From positions 179,242,001 through 179,306,000 of the forward strand of contig OX597816.1 in assembly GCA_951406725.2 (NCBI GenBank): DNA of 64,000 bases. The letters run 5' to 3'. Position 1 is the stretch's first letter; each line of letters starts with the position of its first letter. The translations under genes and the position numbers were made by a program. Under the pieces are notes generated by a model. The model worked only from the letters and a program-made list of their open reading frames with translations, ran no database searches and had not been told where the DNA came from. This DNA is from Octopus vulgaris. Taxonomy: Eukaryota. Below are positions 1-11,795 of this stretch, one piece after another.

Positions 1-149
1 CCCCAAATTGCATGCATAAGAAGTATGCGAACTACAAGAACTATAGACCTACCCGGCAACCGGATTGATGACACCCCACCCACAAAACCCCCCCAATCCC
101 ACCGTTCCCCTAGCACCCCCGATTACCTTTTCTCCTAAGACCTTTCACA

Positions 150-971
150 TATTGTATGTGCACGCTTGTATATGTGTATCGTATATATGTATAGAAATGT
201 ATGGGTATAGTAGGAATATACGCATGTATTATGTGTGTGTGTGTGTGTATGTATGTAAAAAAATATATATATATGTATATGTGTATGTGCGTGTGTGTGT
301 GTGTGTGTGTATATATGTATATATGTATATATGTGTGTATGCATATGTATGTGTATATGTATGTGTGTATGTATGTGTATGTATGTATAAAATATTATAT
401 AATTAGGGCTTAGTAAAATAAATTACTTTGCCACATACTGAACTTTCTAGAAATAGCAGCCAAAAAAGTTTTTTAGCCTCTTCCACTACTTAGAGAATAT
501 TTTCCCTCAGACATTGTTTACTCAAAAAATAATGGTCCTTTTACATACTGAATACTTGGTGAAATTGATTAATAACTAATTAACTTTACCCTCAATTGTT
601 GATATACGTATGTGTGTGTATATATATGTGTGTGTATATATATATGTATGTGTATATATACATGTATATAGGTATATGTATGTGTGTGTATATGTATATA
701 TATATATATATATGTATATGCGAGTATGTAGAGATATAAGTATGTGCATGTGTATATATATGTGTGTATATATATGTATAGGTATGTGTATGTGTATGTA
801 TGTATATATATATGTGTGTGTGTATGTATGCATATATGTATGTATGTATGTATGTATATGTGTATGTATATATGTGTGTAAGTGTGTGTATATATGTATA
901 TGTAAGTGTGTGTGCGTGTATGAGTATGTATATGTATGTTTGCACACATGTATATGTGTGTGTATATATAT

Positions 972-1003
<32 letters not shown>

Positions 1004-1673
1004 GTATATGTGTGTGTGTGTATATATGTGTGTATGTGTATGTATGTATGTATATATATGCGTGTGTATGTGTATGTGTATATGTACATATACGCGTACG
1101 CTCGTGTGTTTATGTATATGTAGGTATGTAGAGTTATCTATGTGTGTATATATTTGTACATGTGTGTAAGTATGTATATATATATACGTGTATGTGTGTG
1201 TGTGTATATATATATATATATGTGTGTGTATGTACATGTATATATATGTGTATATATGTATGTATATATATATATATGTATATATATACATATATATGTG
1301 TGTGTAAGTTTATATGTATGTATCCGTCTATATAATAGGTAACTGCACGTACATATACTTAATATTTATTATTTATTTTTTGAGTATGCATGTATGAATA
1401 ACTGCGCATATATATATTTTACTATTTACTTATTTTTTGAGTATGCATGTAAGTATGAATATAAGGAGGCGCGTGTGTGTGTGTGTATGTGTAAGCATAG
1501 ATATATGTATACTTTTACGCATGGGTGTACTTATGTGTATATATGGATGCGCGCGTGTGTGTGTGTGTGTATGGGTACGCATGTACATGTGTATGTGCGT
1601 GTATGTGTATATGAGTATGTATGTATGTGTGTGCGTATATTTGTATATGTATGTATGTATATGTATGTGTGTG

Positions 1674-1754
<81 letters not shown>

Positions 1755-1979
1755 ATATGTATGTATGTATATGTATATGCGTATGTGTATGTATTTGTAT
1801 GTGTATGCATGCGCGTATATATATGTATGTATATGTATACGTGTGGGTGTGTGTATGTGTATAAATGTATGTATTTATGGATGTATGGATGTATGTATGT
1901 ATACGTATGTATGTGTATGTGTGTATATGTATGTATGTGTATGTGTGTATATATGTGTATATGTGTGTATATGTGTATA

Positions 1980-2018
<39 letters not shown>

Positions 2019-2039
2019 ATATATATATATATGTGAATG

Positions 2040-2070
<31 letters not shown>

Positions 2071-2532
2071 ATTTGTATGTAGGTGTATATGTATGTGTGT
2101 GTATTTATATTTATTGGTGTATATGTATAGACTAGCCTTCTAAGAGTGTAGACATGAATCTGTAGGTACGCGTACGTATGTGTATATACGTGAATGTATG
2201 TAGATGTATGTATGTATGAATATAACGCGTGCGTGCGTGTGTATGTGTATGAGTGTACGAATGAGTGAGTGTACGAATGAGTGAGTGTACGAATGAGTGA
2301 GTGTACGTGCTAAAGAGTGTGCGTGAGTGAATGAGTGCTTGTTTTCCAGTAGACAGATAAATGGACTGGCTGTCATAGCCAAGATGTTTGTGACCAAGCG
2401 GCCAAAGATAACAAAAGTAATAAACGAAGATAATAAAATTAAAATTAGGGAATGGGTCTGTATTTGTATGTGTATATATATGTGTGTATGTGTAGGTATG
2501 CATAGGTACACATATGTATATGTATATATGTA

Positions 2533-2577
<45 letters not shown>

Positions 2578-3288
2578 GTATGTGTATATATGTATGTGTG
2601 TGTATATATGTGTGTATGTGTATATATGTGTATATAGGGACTAGTGTGCTGTGTGTGCATGTGTGTGTGTCGATATGTGTGTGTATGCGTGTATGTGAGT
2701 ATGTGTGTGTATGTGTATATATATTTTTCTATGTGTATATGTATGTGTGGTCGTGTGTGTATATATACATGTGTGTATACGTGTATGCGTGTGTATGTAT
2801 ACATATGTGTATGTGTAGATATGTATGTGTATATATATGTATATATATATGTGTGTGTATGTATGTGTGTATGTATATGTATATATGTTTGTATGCGTGT
2901 GTATATATGTATACATATGTGCATAGGTATAAGTGAGAATCTCCTTATTTACCTAAAACTCTATTCCCCTTTTTTTTATATATATTTTTTTATTTTTTTA
3001 TTTATTCTTCTTTCTAATTTAACACTGACTCCTTGACCACTCCCCCAAGTATGATATTTTGCGCTATGCCTACCCCCAAAAGTCCCCCACCAACACCCCT
3101 TTAAACCTGCCTAAATGTATAAATGCCAATACAATTCTTGTTAACTAGCTTCCTGAAGATTTCTCTTGAATGAAACAGTTCTAGTCCTGTAGAAGCTCCT
3201 TCTATATAATAAATTAATTTTACTCTGCTATGTATTGAGTACCTTATTTACTGTGGTTAACCCCGAATCAACCCGGGACCTACATATG

Positions 3289-3321
<33 letters not shown>

Positions 3322-3324
3322 GTG

Positions 3325-3397
<73 letters not shown>

Positions 3398-3418
3398 ATA
3401 TATATATGTATATATATG

Positions 3419-3451
<33 letters not shown>

Positions 3452-3507
3452 GTATATGATATATATATATGTATATTGTTATATATATATATATATTATA
3501 TATGATA

Positions 3508-3541
<34 letters not shown>

Positions 3542-3575
3542 CATACATATATATATACACATATATTCACACATA
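150..3575. repeat. Compound (TA)n/(TG)n/(TATG)n microsatellite field with short unique spacers
   Basis: Directly visible low-complexity purine-pyrimidine repeats; gives rise to the YIYI/VCVC/HTHT ORFs. Confidence 0.95.
3147..3197 (+). ncRNA. Type I hammerhead ribozyme motif, probably in a Penelope-like element 3' end
   Basis: agcttc-CTGAAGA-t(ttc-tctt-gaa)t-GAAACAG-ttctagtc-CTGTA-gaagct: stem I agcttc/gaagct, stem III ACAG/CTGT, GUA cleavage triplet ending 3191; AATAAA just downstream, then (TA)n. Confidence 0.65.
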
Positions 3576-3877
3576 CATACGATTGGCTTCTTTCAGTTTC
3601 CATGTATTAAATCCATTCACAAGGCTTAGTGTTTTCTATAGTAGAAAACAGTTGCCCAGGGTGCTGGGCTGAACCTGGAAAAATGCAGTTGAGAAGCAAG
3701 CTTCTTACCACACATTTATGCCTGTGTATATAAATATATATGTGTATATATATACAGATAAAGGGTGAAATATAATTAATTTAATAAAATCAATAAATTT
3801 CACCTAGTAGTATTTCAGTATGGAAAGGACCATATTCGGTAAAAATTTTATGTATATATATATATATATATATATAT

Positions 3878-4080
3878 CATCATCATCATCATCATCATCG
3901 TTTAATGTCCGTTTTCCGTGCTAGCATGGGTTGGACGGTTCGACCGGGGTCTGGGAAGCCAGGAGGCTGCAGCAGGCTCCAGTCTGATCTGGCAGTGTTT
4001 CTACAGCTGGATGCTCTTCCTAACGCCAACCACTTCATGAGGGTAGTGGGTGCTCTTTACGTGCCACCGGCACAGGTATC
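3878..4080 (-). mobile_element. Short interspersed repeat family B (GAT-repeat tail). Other copies ~7077-7305, 12210-12460, 14540-14805, 23490-23720, 44565-44770, 48710-48890, 50955-51440, 51840-52060, 53590-53805
   Basis: Shared motifs gtggttggcgttaggaagggcatccagctgtagaaac and ccaacccatgctagcatggaaagcggac, ending in (gat)n, recur at least 10 times on both strands. Confidence 0.85.
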
Positions 4081-4169
4081 ACAACTACTATTTCCATTTG
4101 ATATTTATTTCAATGTTCATGTACTTGACTCAATAGGTCTCTTCAAGCACAGCATGTTGTTCTGAAATC

Positions 4170-4515
4170 CAAGGTACTTTGAATGGGCTGGGGCTATGCG
4201 GAACTGGTGCAGAAAGCAGCCCGGGTCTTTGCAGTCACAGCATATCTCCAGAGATCTCAGTCCTTCGTCATTGCCTCTGTGAGGCCCAATGCTCTGAGGT
4301 CATGCTTGACCACCTCATCCCATGTCTTCCTGGGTCTACCTCTCTCCCTGATACCTTCAACTGTTTGGGAGCGGCACTTCTTCACACATCTCTCCTCATC
4401 CATCCGTAGTACATGACCATACCATTGCAAGCGTCGCTCTTGCACACCACATCTGATGCTTCTTATGTCCAGCATTTCTCTCAGGGTGCTTACACTCTGT
4501 CGTGAGTGTCACTGA
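4170..4515 (-). mobile_element. RTE-clade LINE 3' fragment (C-terminus of RT ORF)
   Basis: Minus-strand ORF 4257-4475: RRLQWYGHVLRM...EGIRERGRPRKTW, the characteristic RTE C-terminal motif. Confidence 0.85.
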
Positions 4516-4546
4516 CATTACAATATATATATACATATATATATAT

Positions 4547-4639
<93 letters not shown>

Positions 4640-4659
4640 TACTTGAATATATATATGTA

Positions 4660-4690
<31 letters not shown>

Positions 4691-5544
4691 AACAAAATGG
4701 GACAAGAACAATCAGCTGAAATTGCGAGGATGACCGGGTTCTTGACTGAAAATTAAAGGATTCTTGTTGCTTATTTTGATTATATATATATATTACTGCC
4801 AATACCAATACAACTAACACTACAACTACAGAGACATCTCCAATACAACTACCACAACTACCACCACCAATACTAACAATATTCCTTTTTCAGAAAATGG
4901 GGAGGGTGGGGCCCTTCAAGTACATTTAAACTGTTTTAATTTATAGAAAAGCACTCACTGGGTGCCATAAAGAAATTCTTCTTCTCATACAATTCTTCCT
5001 GTCTTTTCATGCATTGAAGTCTTTGGACAGCTGATAGCAGTGTATTTTATGATTATGAACTTATCTGCTGATAGCCTCTAATAAAATATCCGGCCAGATA
5101 TATTGGCGACAATAGTCCCAAACTCAGAAAACAAATGTCTGTGAGGCCAAAAGGTCTCCACAGCACAACCACAATTTCTAATGTTATGTCAAATGCTCCA
5201 ATCACAGTTTATGCCAAGACACATTTTTCCAGTTACTACAAATTCATCTTATCTGCAAAACACTTTCACATTGATCTACTATTGGAACATCCCTTATCTT
5301 ACATGTATTACGTTTACAAGTAATTGTATTTTTGATTTGTGAAGTGAAATTTGGTGATATATTGTATGTATATGTTAAAGATTATGCTATACATTATTGA
5401 AATACCTTTTTACAACTTTTATTGTAAGGAAAATGGACATTATGATACATGCCAATACATGCCTTATGAATACATTTGAGCACCATACAGACCAGGCCAA
5501 AGGCTGGGAGGCCCGCTGGTATATATATATATATATATATATAT

Positions 5545-5840
5545 ATTGTATTGTATTGTATTGGCATCCTTTCTGTCTCGGGAGACAATGGAGTTGTGCA
5601 TTTTTTTTTTTTTTTTTTTTTTTCTAGGTCTAGTCCGGCTGTTATATTTTATTCCCTGATACATTTCCTGCTGTGGCTGTGTAGTCCTATCCTGGACAAA
5701 CACTCCCTCTGGCAGGTAGTGCAAATGTAGCGAAGACTGTTCCTGGCTGGTTGTAGTGCCATGGTCTCTTGTTTATGTCTCTTCCTTTCTTTCCAATTCT
5801 CCTCTCTCTCTCTGTCACTCCTTTGTACTCCCTCTTTTAC
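5545..5840 (-). mobile_element. RTE/BovB-like LINE 3' end with C-terminal zinc finger and (ATACA)n tail
   Basis: CTTCQRECLSRIGLHSHSRKC motif, short 3' UTR and tandem aatac tail on the minus strand. Confidence 0.75.
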
Positions 5841-5842
5841 TG

Positions 5843-5901
<59 letters not shown>

Positions 5902-5904
<3 letters not shown>

Positions 5905-7038
5905 CATTATTGGTGAATTGAAGAAATGGAGCTGAACGCAGATTGAACAGAAATCGTTTTATTTCATTCTACACGTGTTTCGAAAGGCACAAATTACCAA
6001 AATCCGATGGAATAATGGGACCATATTGTGTCTTTCTCTTCAGGAAGAAAATAGGAAATCCGTTGGAAAAACAAAAACAGAACAGAGGCGGAGCAAAAAC
6101 AAATCGAACTATGCTCCTAAGAGCCCATGGCGAAACTGTTTATCAGTGTATGTTGAGAACCGGTGGCTGAAGAATTCAACGAAGAATTCAAGAATTCAAA
6201 TTTAGCCTTTAAGATATCTACGATTAACCACTGCAAGGGGAATTACTCCTGTAAGACAAACGGGGCTTGGTTTTTTCACAGCGTGGGGTTTCCTTGACAA
6301 GGCAGGCTTAGATGAGAACACACACACACATAAAACATGATGTATATTTTTTTTCTGCCACCCAACGGTCATCACGGCAGTAGCCACTGACAGCCGAACG
6401 ATCAAACGCACACACGTACACAAAAAATGTTTTCTACCCCTACGCCAACACACACGTATATAGAACAGTATACACACACACACGTCTCTAAGTAGATTTT
6501 TTCTCGCCCCTTATAAAACATCCAATATTCCTTAAATAGTCAGAACTTTATTCTCGGTCACAAAGAACATCTACGCCCCCTCACCCACATGATTGACCGA
6601 TGCCTGACCCGTTGAATTCTTCAGCCACCGGTTCTCAACATACACTGATAAACAGTTTCGCCATGGGCTCTTAGGAGCATAGTTCGATTTGTTTTTGCTC
6701 CGCCTCTGTTCTGTTTTTGTTTTTCCAACGGATTTCCTATTTTCTTCCTGAAGAGAAAGACACAATATGGTCCCATTATTCCATCGGATTTTGGTAATTT
6801 GTGCCTTTCGAAACACGTGTAGAATGAAATAAAACGATTTCTGTTCAATCTGCGTTCAGCTCCATTTCTTCAATTCACCAATAATGTTCTAATTTCAATT
6901 ATCCGCACCAACGCACGGTTGCAACACCATATGGTTGTACCTCCAACCGTGCTGTTTTACTGCTGTGATTTTTGCTACTAAGGTATCGGTTAAACTTTTG
7001 ATTAATCTACTACAAGATTATTCATCTTTCTATTTCAC

Positions 7039-7040
<2 letters not shown>
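5902..7040. mobile_element. Penelope-like fold-back element: 280-bp perfect inverted repeat (5902-6181 / 6610-6889), flanked by (TA)n
   Basis: Arms read as exact reverse complements (ORF track shows identical ORFs at 5943+ and 6848-); each arm carries a hammerhead motif; (TA)n tracts on both sides. Confidence 0.7.
6738..6831 (+). ncRNA. Minimal type I hammerhead ribozyme (mirror copy on - strand at 5960-6053)
   Basis: tattttcttc-CTGAAGA(6748-6754)-gaaagacacaa...ttgtgcctttc-GAAAC(6810-6814)-acgt-GTA(6819-6821)-gaatgaaata; stems I and II pair with one mismatch each; palindromic acacgtgt stem III. Confidence 0.75.
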
Positions 7041-7078
<38 letters not shown>

Positions 7079-8049
7079 ATCCGATCATGGCTGTTAGCCA
7101 GCCTCGTCTGGCACCTGTGCCGGTGGCACGTAAAAAGCACCCACTACACTGATGGAGTGGTTGGCGTTAGGAAGGGCATCCAGCTGTAGAAACACTGCCA
7201 GATCAGACTAGGCCTGGTGCAGCTCCTGGCTTCCCAGACCCCGGTTGAACCGTCCAACCCATGCTAGCATGGAAAGCGGACATTAAATGATGATGATGAT
7301 GATGATATATATATATATCCACCCCCAGCTGTTGGATGGCTTTTAACTCAATTGGATTCATCTTTTTGACAGTTTTGTTTTGTCCTGCTGGGTGTCTGAT
7401 GAAAACCACTCCCGCTTCCAAATAGGATTGGTAGAGCCGATGGTTTAGGCACTGACCACGCAAAACAGATTCATATAATGGCTGTCCACTTGTGACCAAG
7501 GAAGACCATCACTGACCATTGCCAACATAAAGCAACAGCAATACCTGTGCATAATGTTATTTCACCTTTGGTTGGCTTCACCTGGTTGTGCACCTGCAGC
7601 CTTCAGGCTTGCCATGCCCCCCACTCCCCACTTCACCAGGTATCAGAAAGTTACTTTGCTAGTGATTCCACAACCTAAATTTTAGATCTAATAAGGCTTG
7701 CACAAAACCTCACAGACCCTCTCCACCTGACTGATGTGATCCAGAGACAGGCCAGGGGAAGATATCCAGTGTCAATATGGGTCGCAGGCTCAGGAATGAG
7801 GGAGTGCCATGATTTCAAGGGCAAGCAAAAGATACCCTAAATGTTCGATGCCATTCCCTGCATATCTGGTTTTATATCTGAGTGACTTTCTCATAGACAC
7901 ATGGTTTAAAAAAAGTTGAGGGGAGCCTCACTCCCACTGGTCTTCCAGCAAGCTGGATACCAACCCCGGAATTTCTGAAGACTCCTGCTACAGTTACATA
8001 TTCGCTGAACCTAGACTTGGTACATTCGTCTTTTTTGACATCTCCGTCC

Positions 8050-8490
8050 GTACGTACGCACATACATCTATACGTACGTACATACATACATACACACACA
8101 CACACATACATACCTTGATACATACATACCTTCATACATACACACATACATTCATACATACATACCTTCATACATACATACCTTCATACATACACACATA
8201 CATTCATACCTTCATACATACATACATACACACATACATTCATAATACATACCTTCATACATACATTCATACATACATACATAGACATACATACATACAT
8301 ACACACATACATTCATAATACATACATTCATAATACATACATACATACATACATACATACAGACATACATACATACATACATACATACATACATACATAG
8401 ACATACATACAACATACATACATACATACAGACATATATACATACATACATAGACATACATACAGACATACATACATACATACATACATA
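8050..8490. repeat. (CATA)n-based microsatellite
   Basis: Directly visible. Confidence 0.95.
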
Positions 8491-8564
8491 AACAGGCTTT
8501 CTCTATCGGTAAGAAATCTTGAAATAAACATGAATAATCACACACACACACACATCCATCCATA

Positions 8565-8720
8565 CAACCGCGCGCGCGCGCGCACGCAGCCACACTCAAA
8601 CGAGGGGTAGGGTCTATATACAAACTAACCGTGATAGCGAAACCGCGCTGTGCACAGGAAACACAACCACGTGTGACGTAACAAACATTTTCTTTCCCGC
8701 TGAAGTGAAACACAAAAGGG
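8565..8720. promoter_or_regulatory. Candidate GDE1 upstream regulatory region (CpG-rich patch)
   Basis: (CG)n run, CACGTG 8668-8673, TGACGTAA 8674-8681 and TTTCCCGC 8693-8700 clustered ~550-680 bp upstream of the ATG. Confidence 0.35.
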
Positions 8721-9248
8721 AAACAATTTTAGCCGAACAGCCTCACATTTAACACAAATACTGTATCAAGTAAAGAGGATAAATACATACGTTATATATA
8801 TATATGTATGTATGTGTATGTGTGTGTCTGTGTGTGTATGTATGTATATAAATATGTGTGTTTAGTTGCTCTTAAACATCATCAACTGCCACTGCCACTA
8901 CAATGCAAGAAGTCCAAAGGTTTCCTTCTTATTGAACTTTCATGATTTTATTGCGTTCATGCCATATCTGCTTGTAGAAGCTATTATTTAATTTTGTTCC
9001 TCTAACAACTCCGGTATTTCCGTACTCTTGTAGACACACACACACAATCTCTTTATACATACCCATAGATTTATATATTCTCACACACACACACACACAT
9101 ATAACACAGACTGATATCAATATCTGCACGAACACATAGACACTGTTACAAACTGACACCAATACAGGCTGACATTTCGTTGTGGCTGGGGCGGTGAGAG
9201 TGTTTCTGTCACAGAATTCATTCTGACGCCGAGGAGAGAGAGAGTAGC

Positions 9249-9587
9249 ATGTATCTCTGGAGTCCGTTCACCTTCTACACATTTTGGATCGGGCTCTTTG
9301 TCTGTGTGGCCTTTGCGGGCGTTTATGTATTCGTGTTGCTGTTGATGGTGGGATGGGCCATTCTCTGGTGGTACCATGTTCCCCAATTGCCCGAAGAACG
9401 GGTGACATGTGTCCTCGGGTCAATAAACCCTACCAGCGATTTAGAAGAAGAACAATGCAGTCCAGAAAACACCAACTGCAATTCCGACGAACACTGCGAC
9501 GGGCGTAGCTTAACCAAACCGATTCTAGTCGCACATCGAGGTGGGGCCATCGATGCGCCGGAGAACACCATCGAAGCTTTCAAACTC
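9249..9587 (+). CDS. GDE1: Glycerophosphodiester phosphodiesterase 1, coding exon 1
   Basis: ATG at 9249; hydrophobic N-terminus then VAHRGGAIDAPENTIEAFKL (GDPD HRG/PENT motif); donor gtaagt at 9588; 339 nt, phase 0. Confidence 0.92.
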
Positions 9588-11394
9588 GTAAGTTTCTTTT
9601 TTACCGCATATATATATATATGTAGACTTATATGAAAACTGGAAAATGTATGCATACGAACATAAACAAGTAAACGCACCATTTATTATAGGAAATCGGT
9701 TCTGCTCGTAGAGATCAGAGATTCTCCCCATCTAGAACATCGCGGGGCAGCGCGAAGGATGCTGCATTTGCCAAGTTTCATCATCCAAATGACTTTCTCT
9801 TTTAGTTACGCAATCGTCTTTGGTGATCTCTTGAAATCATTTACAACATTAGTTTGTCATCTTTTGCAAAACATAATGTCCTGTCTAGCACATAGCCTCA
9901 TCTGGTCCGTATTAAAATAACTCACTACTTCGAAACCTCTCAATTCCTGTGTCCATGCGTGCGTGTGCACGTGTGTGTGTGTGTGTGTGTGTGTGTAAGT
10001 GTGTGTGTATGTATGTATATGTGTGTATGTATGTATGTGCATTAGTGCGTCTATAGAATTTTGTGTGTTTATATATATATATCCTTCAGAGGGATGTCAA
10101 ACATCCAAGTCCGCCGGAAGAGTCCAAATAAAGAATATATATAAAAGTATGTATTCAGCATTTGCAAAAATAGTAAATGATGTACAAGGAAAGGAAAAAT
10201 TGTAGTTGAAGACGAACTTTAATTCATAATCCAAGTTGGTACAGAACCGGTATACATTCTACTAATTGTTTCAGAGTCTGATTCCAAGACAAAAACGAAA
10301 AACTCTTCTCGAAATAAAAATTAGAGTTCATCTACACTAACAATTTCCTTTCTTTATACTTCATTATAGTTATATATATATATATATGTATATATATGTG
10401 TGTGTGATCCTTTCGGTTTGAACGGCAGTTTTTTCCTAACGGTGTCATATGAAATTGTCACCCATAATTATGACCCTAGTATCGATCTATTGCACTTCAA
10501 TCTATTTTAGATTTAGGGTTAGGGGTGGGGGGAAGGGTATCTTTTTCATCACAAATAAACCCGATCTGTTTCTTAAACGAGGGACAAGTTCATACGGCAC
10601 AGAATGGATTTTACCTCAATAGACATCAGTGATTGGTTGAAATTGCAGAAATTGAAAAAAAAAACAAAAACAACAAATATCTTACAAACCATAGAATTTT
10701 CTCAATAAAGCCAATAGAAAAAGATCCCTAATCAGTTGGAGTTAGCTTGGATAGATTGTGTAGAGCTGTTATTATATGGTCTTGCGATCCGGTTGCCGAG
10801 TTGGAATAGCAGCACATCGCCGATCTGATTACACCCCGACACGATTGTCGGAATTCAGTCTTCATATTACACAAACACATGACTGATAAATAAATGACAC
10901 GATGCTCTGACGGTCCTACTCAAATGCACAGGTCCCGATGCAGCTACGTAACCCTAAAACTAACCCTAGCGCTAACCCTAACGCTAACCAGTGTGCACTG
11001 TAAAAACATATCGTTACGTACATGTGTCGGGACTTTTGTATTTGTTTCTTACACATTTTTTGCACTATTTTCTTCTTCTTCTGATTTTCGTATCCGAGTC
11101 GAGTTGTAAACATTAACCCTGACTTCTTTCTGATCGGGGCAGAAAGCCCAAAATGTCGGGTTGGAACACGTGGATAGTGGAACTTTGGAAATTGGGAAGA
11201 AATATTTTAAAATTAAAAGGCAGAGGTAAAGAATACGGTCTTTCCAGAACACGTACACCACTCGTTTTCAGCGTAACAAAAGCCCTAACCCCAAGCACTG
11301 GGTGTACGTATTCTTTACTTTCGCCTGATTAAGAAAGGGACCATAATACTGCCATTATTACATCCAATACTTTCCTTAACATTCATAGAATAGA

Positions 11395-11795
11395 GTTTTG
11401 GAATAGCTGCCCCACGAAATCCCATACATCGTGGGGAAGGAAAAGAATATGGAAATGGGGCAAAAATGTATAAAAAAAAAAAGGATCTTTGGGGAGCAAA
11501 TTTTTTTCAGTATAGTATTGTGTTATATAAAACACAAGAATACAAAGAAAAAAACTAATGAAAAATACCCGAGTGTCAGTATGTGTGTCTGTGTGCACCC
11601 ACTAGTTCGGTTTTTTCGCATTAAATTCCAATATAATCTTAACTTACACCATCTGAAAGGTATTTACTGAAAATTTTATTAGAATATATCCATTGTTTTG
11701 AAAGTTATGAAGAAAACAGGTCGGGAGGGGTAGACTTGTGTTAGTATTCCTTTCCTTTGAGGTATGGGGACTTCAAAGGACAGCTATTCCAAAAC
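11395..11795. mobile_element. MITE-like element with ~55-bp imperfect terminal inverted repeats
   Basis: gttttggaatagctgcccc...cccatacatc..ggaaggaa at left versus ttcctttc..gaggtatggg...ggacagctattccaaaac at right. Confidence 0.55.

Noticed and set aside
65-3672. Many 60-240 aa ORFs rich in Y/I/V/C/M/H/T
   Set aside because: Translations of RY microsatellites that lack stop codons; open in several frames on both strands.
5943-6205. Duplicated 75-81 aa ORFs on opposite strands
   Set aside because: By-product of the perfect inverted repeat; no recognisable domain and non-ATG starts.
9588-9635. ORF-track extension of GDE1 exon 1 (128-aa protein)
   Set aside because: Runs through a consensus gtaagt donor into intron; GDPD homology continues at 23106.
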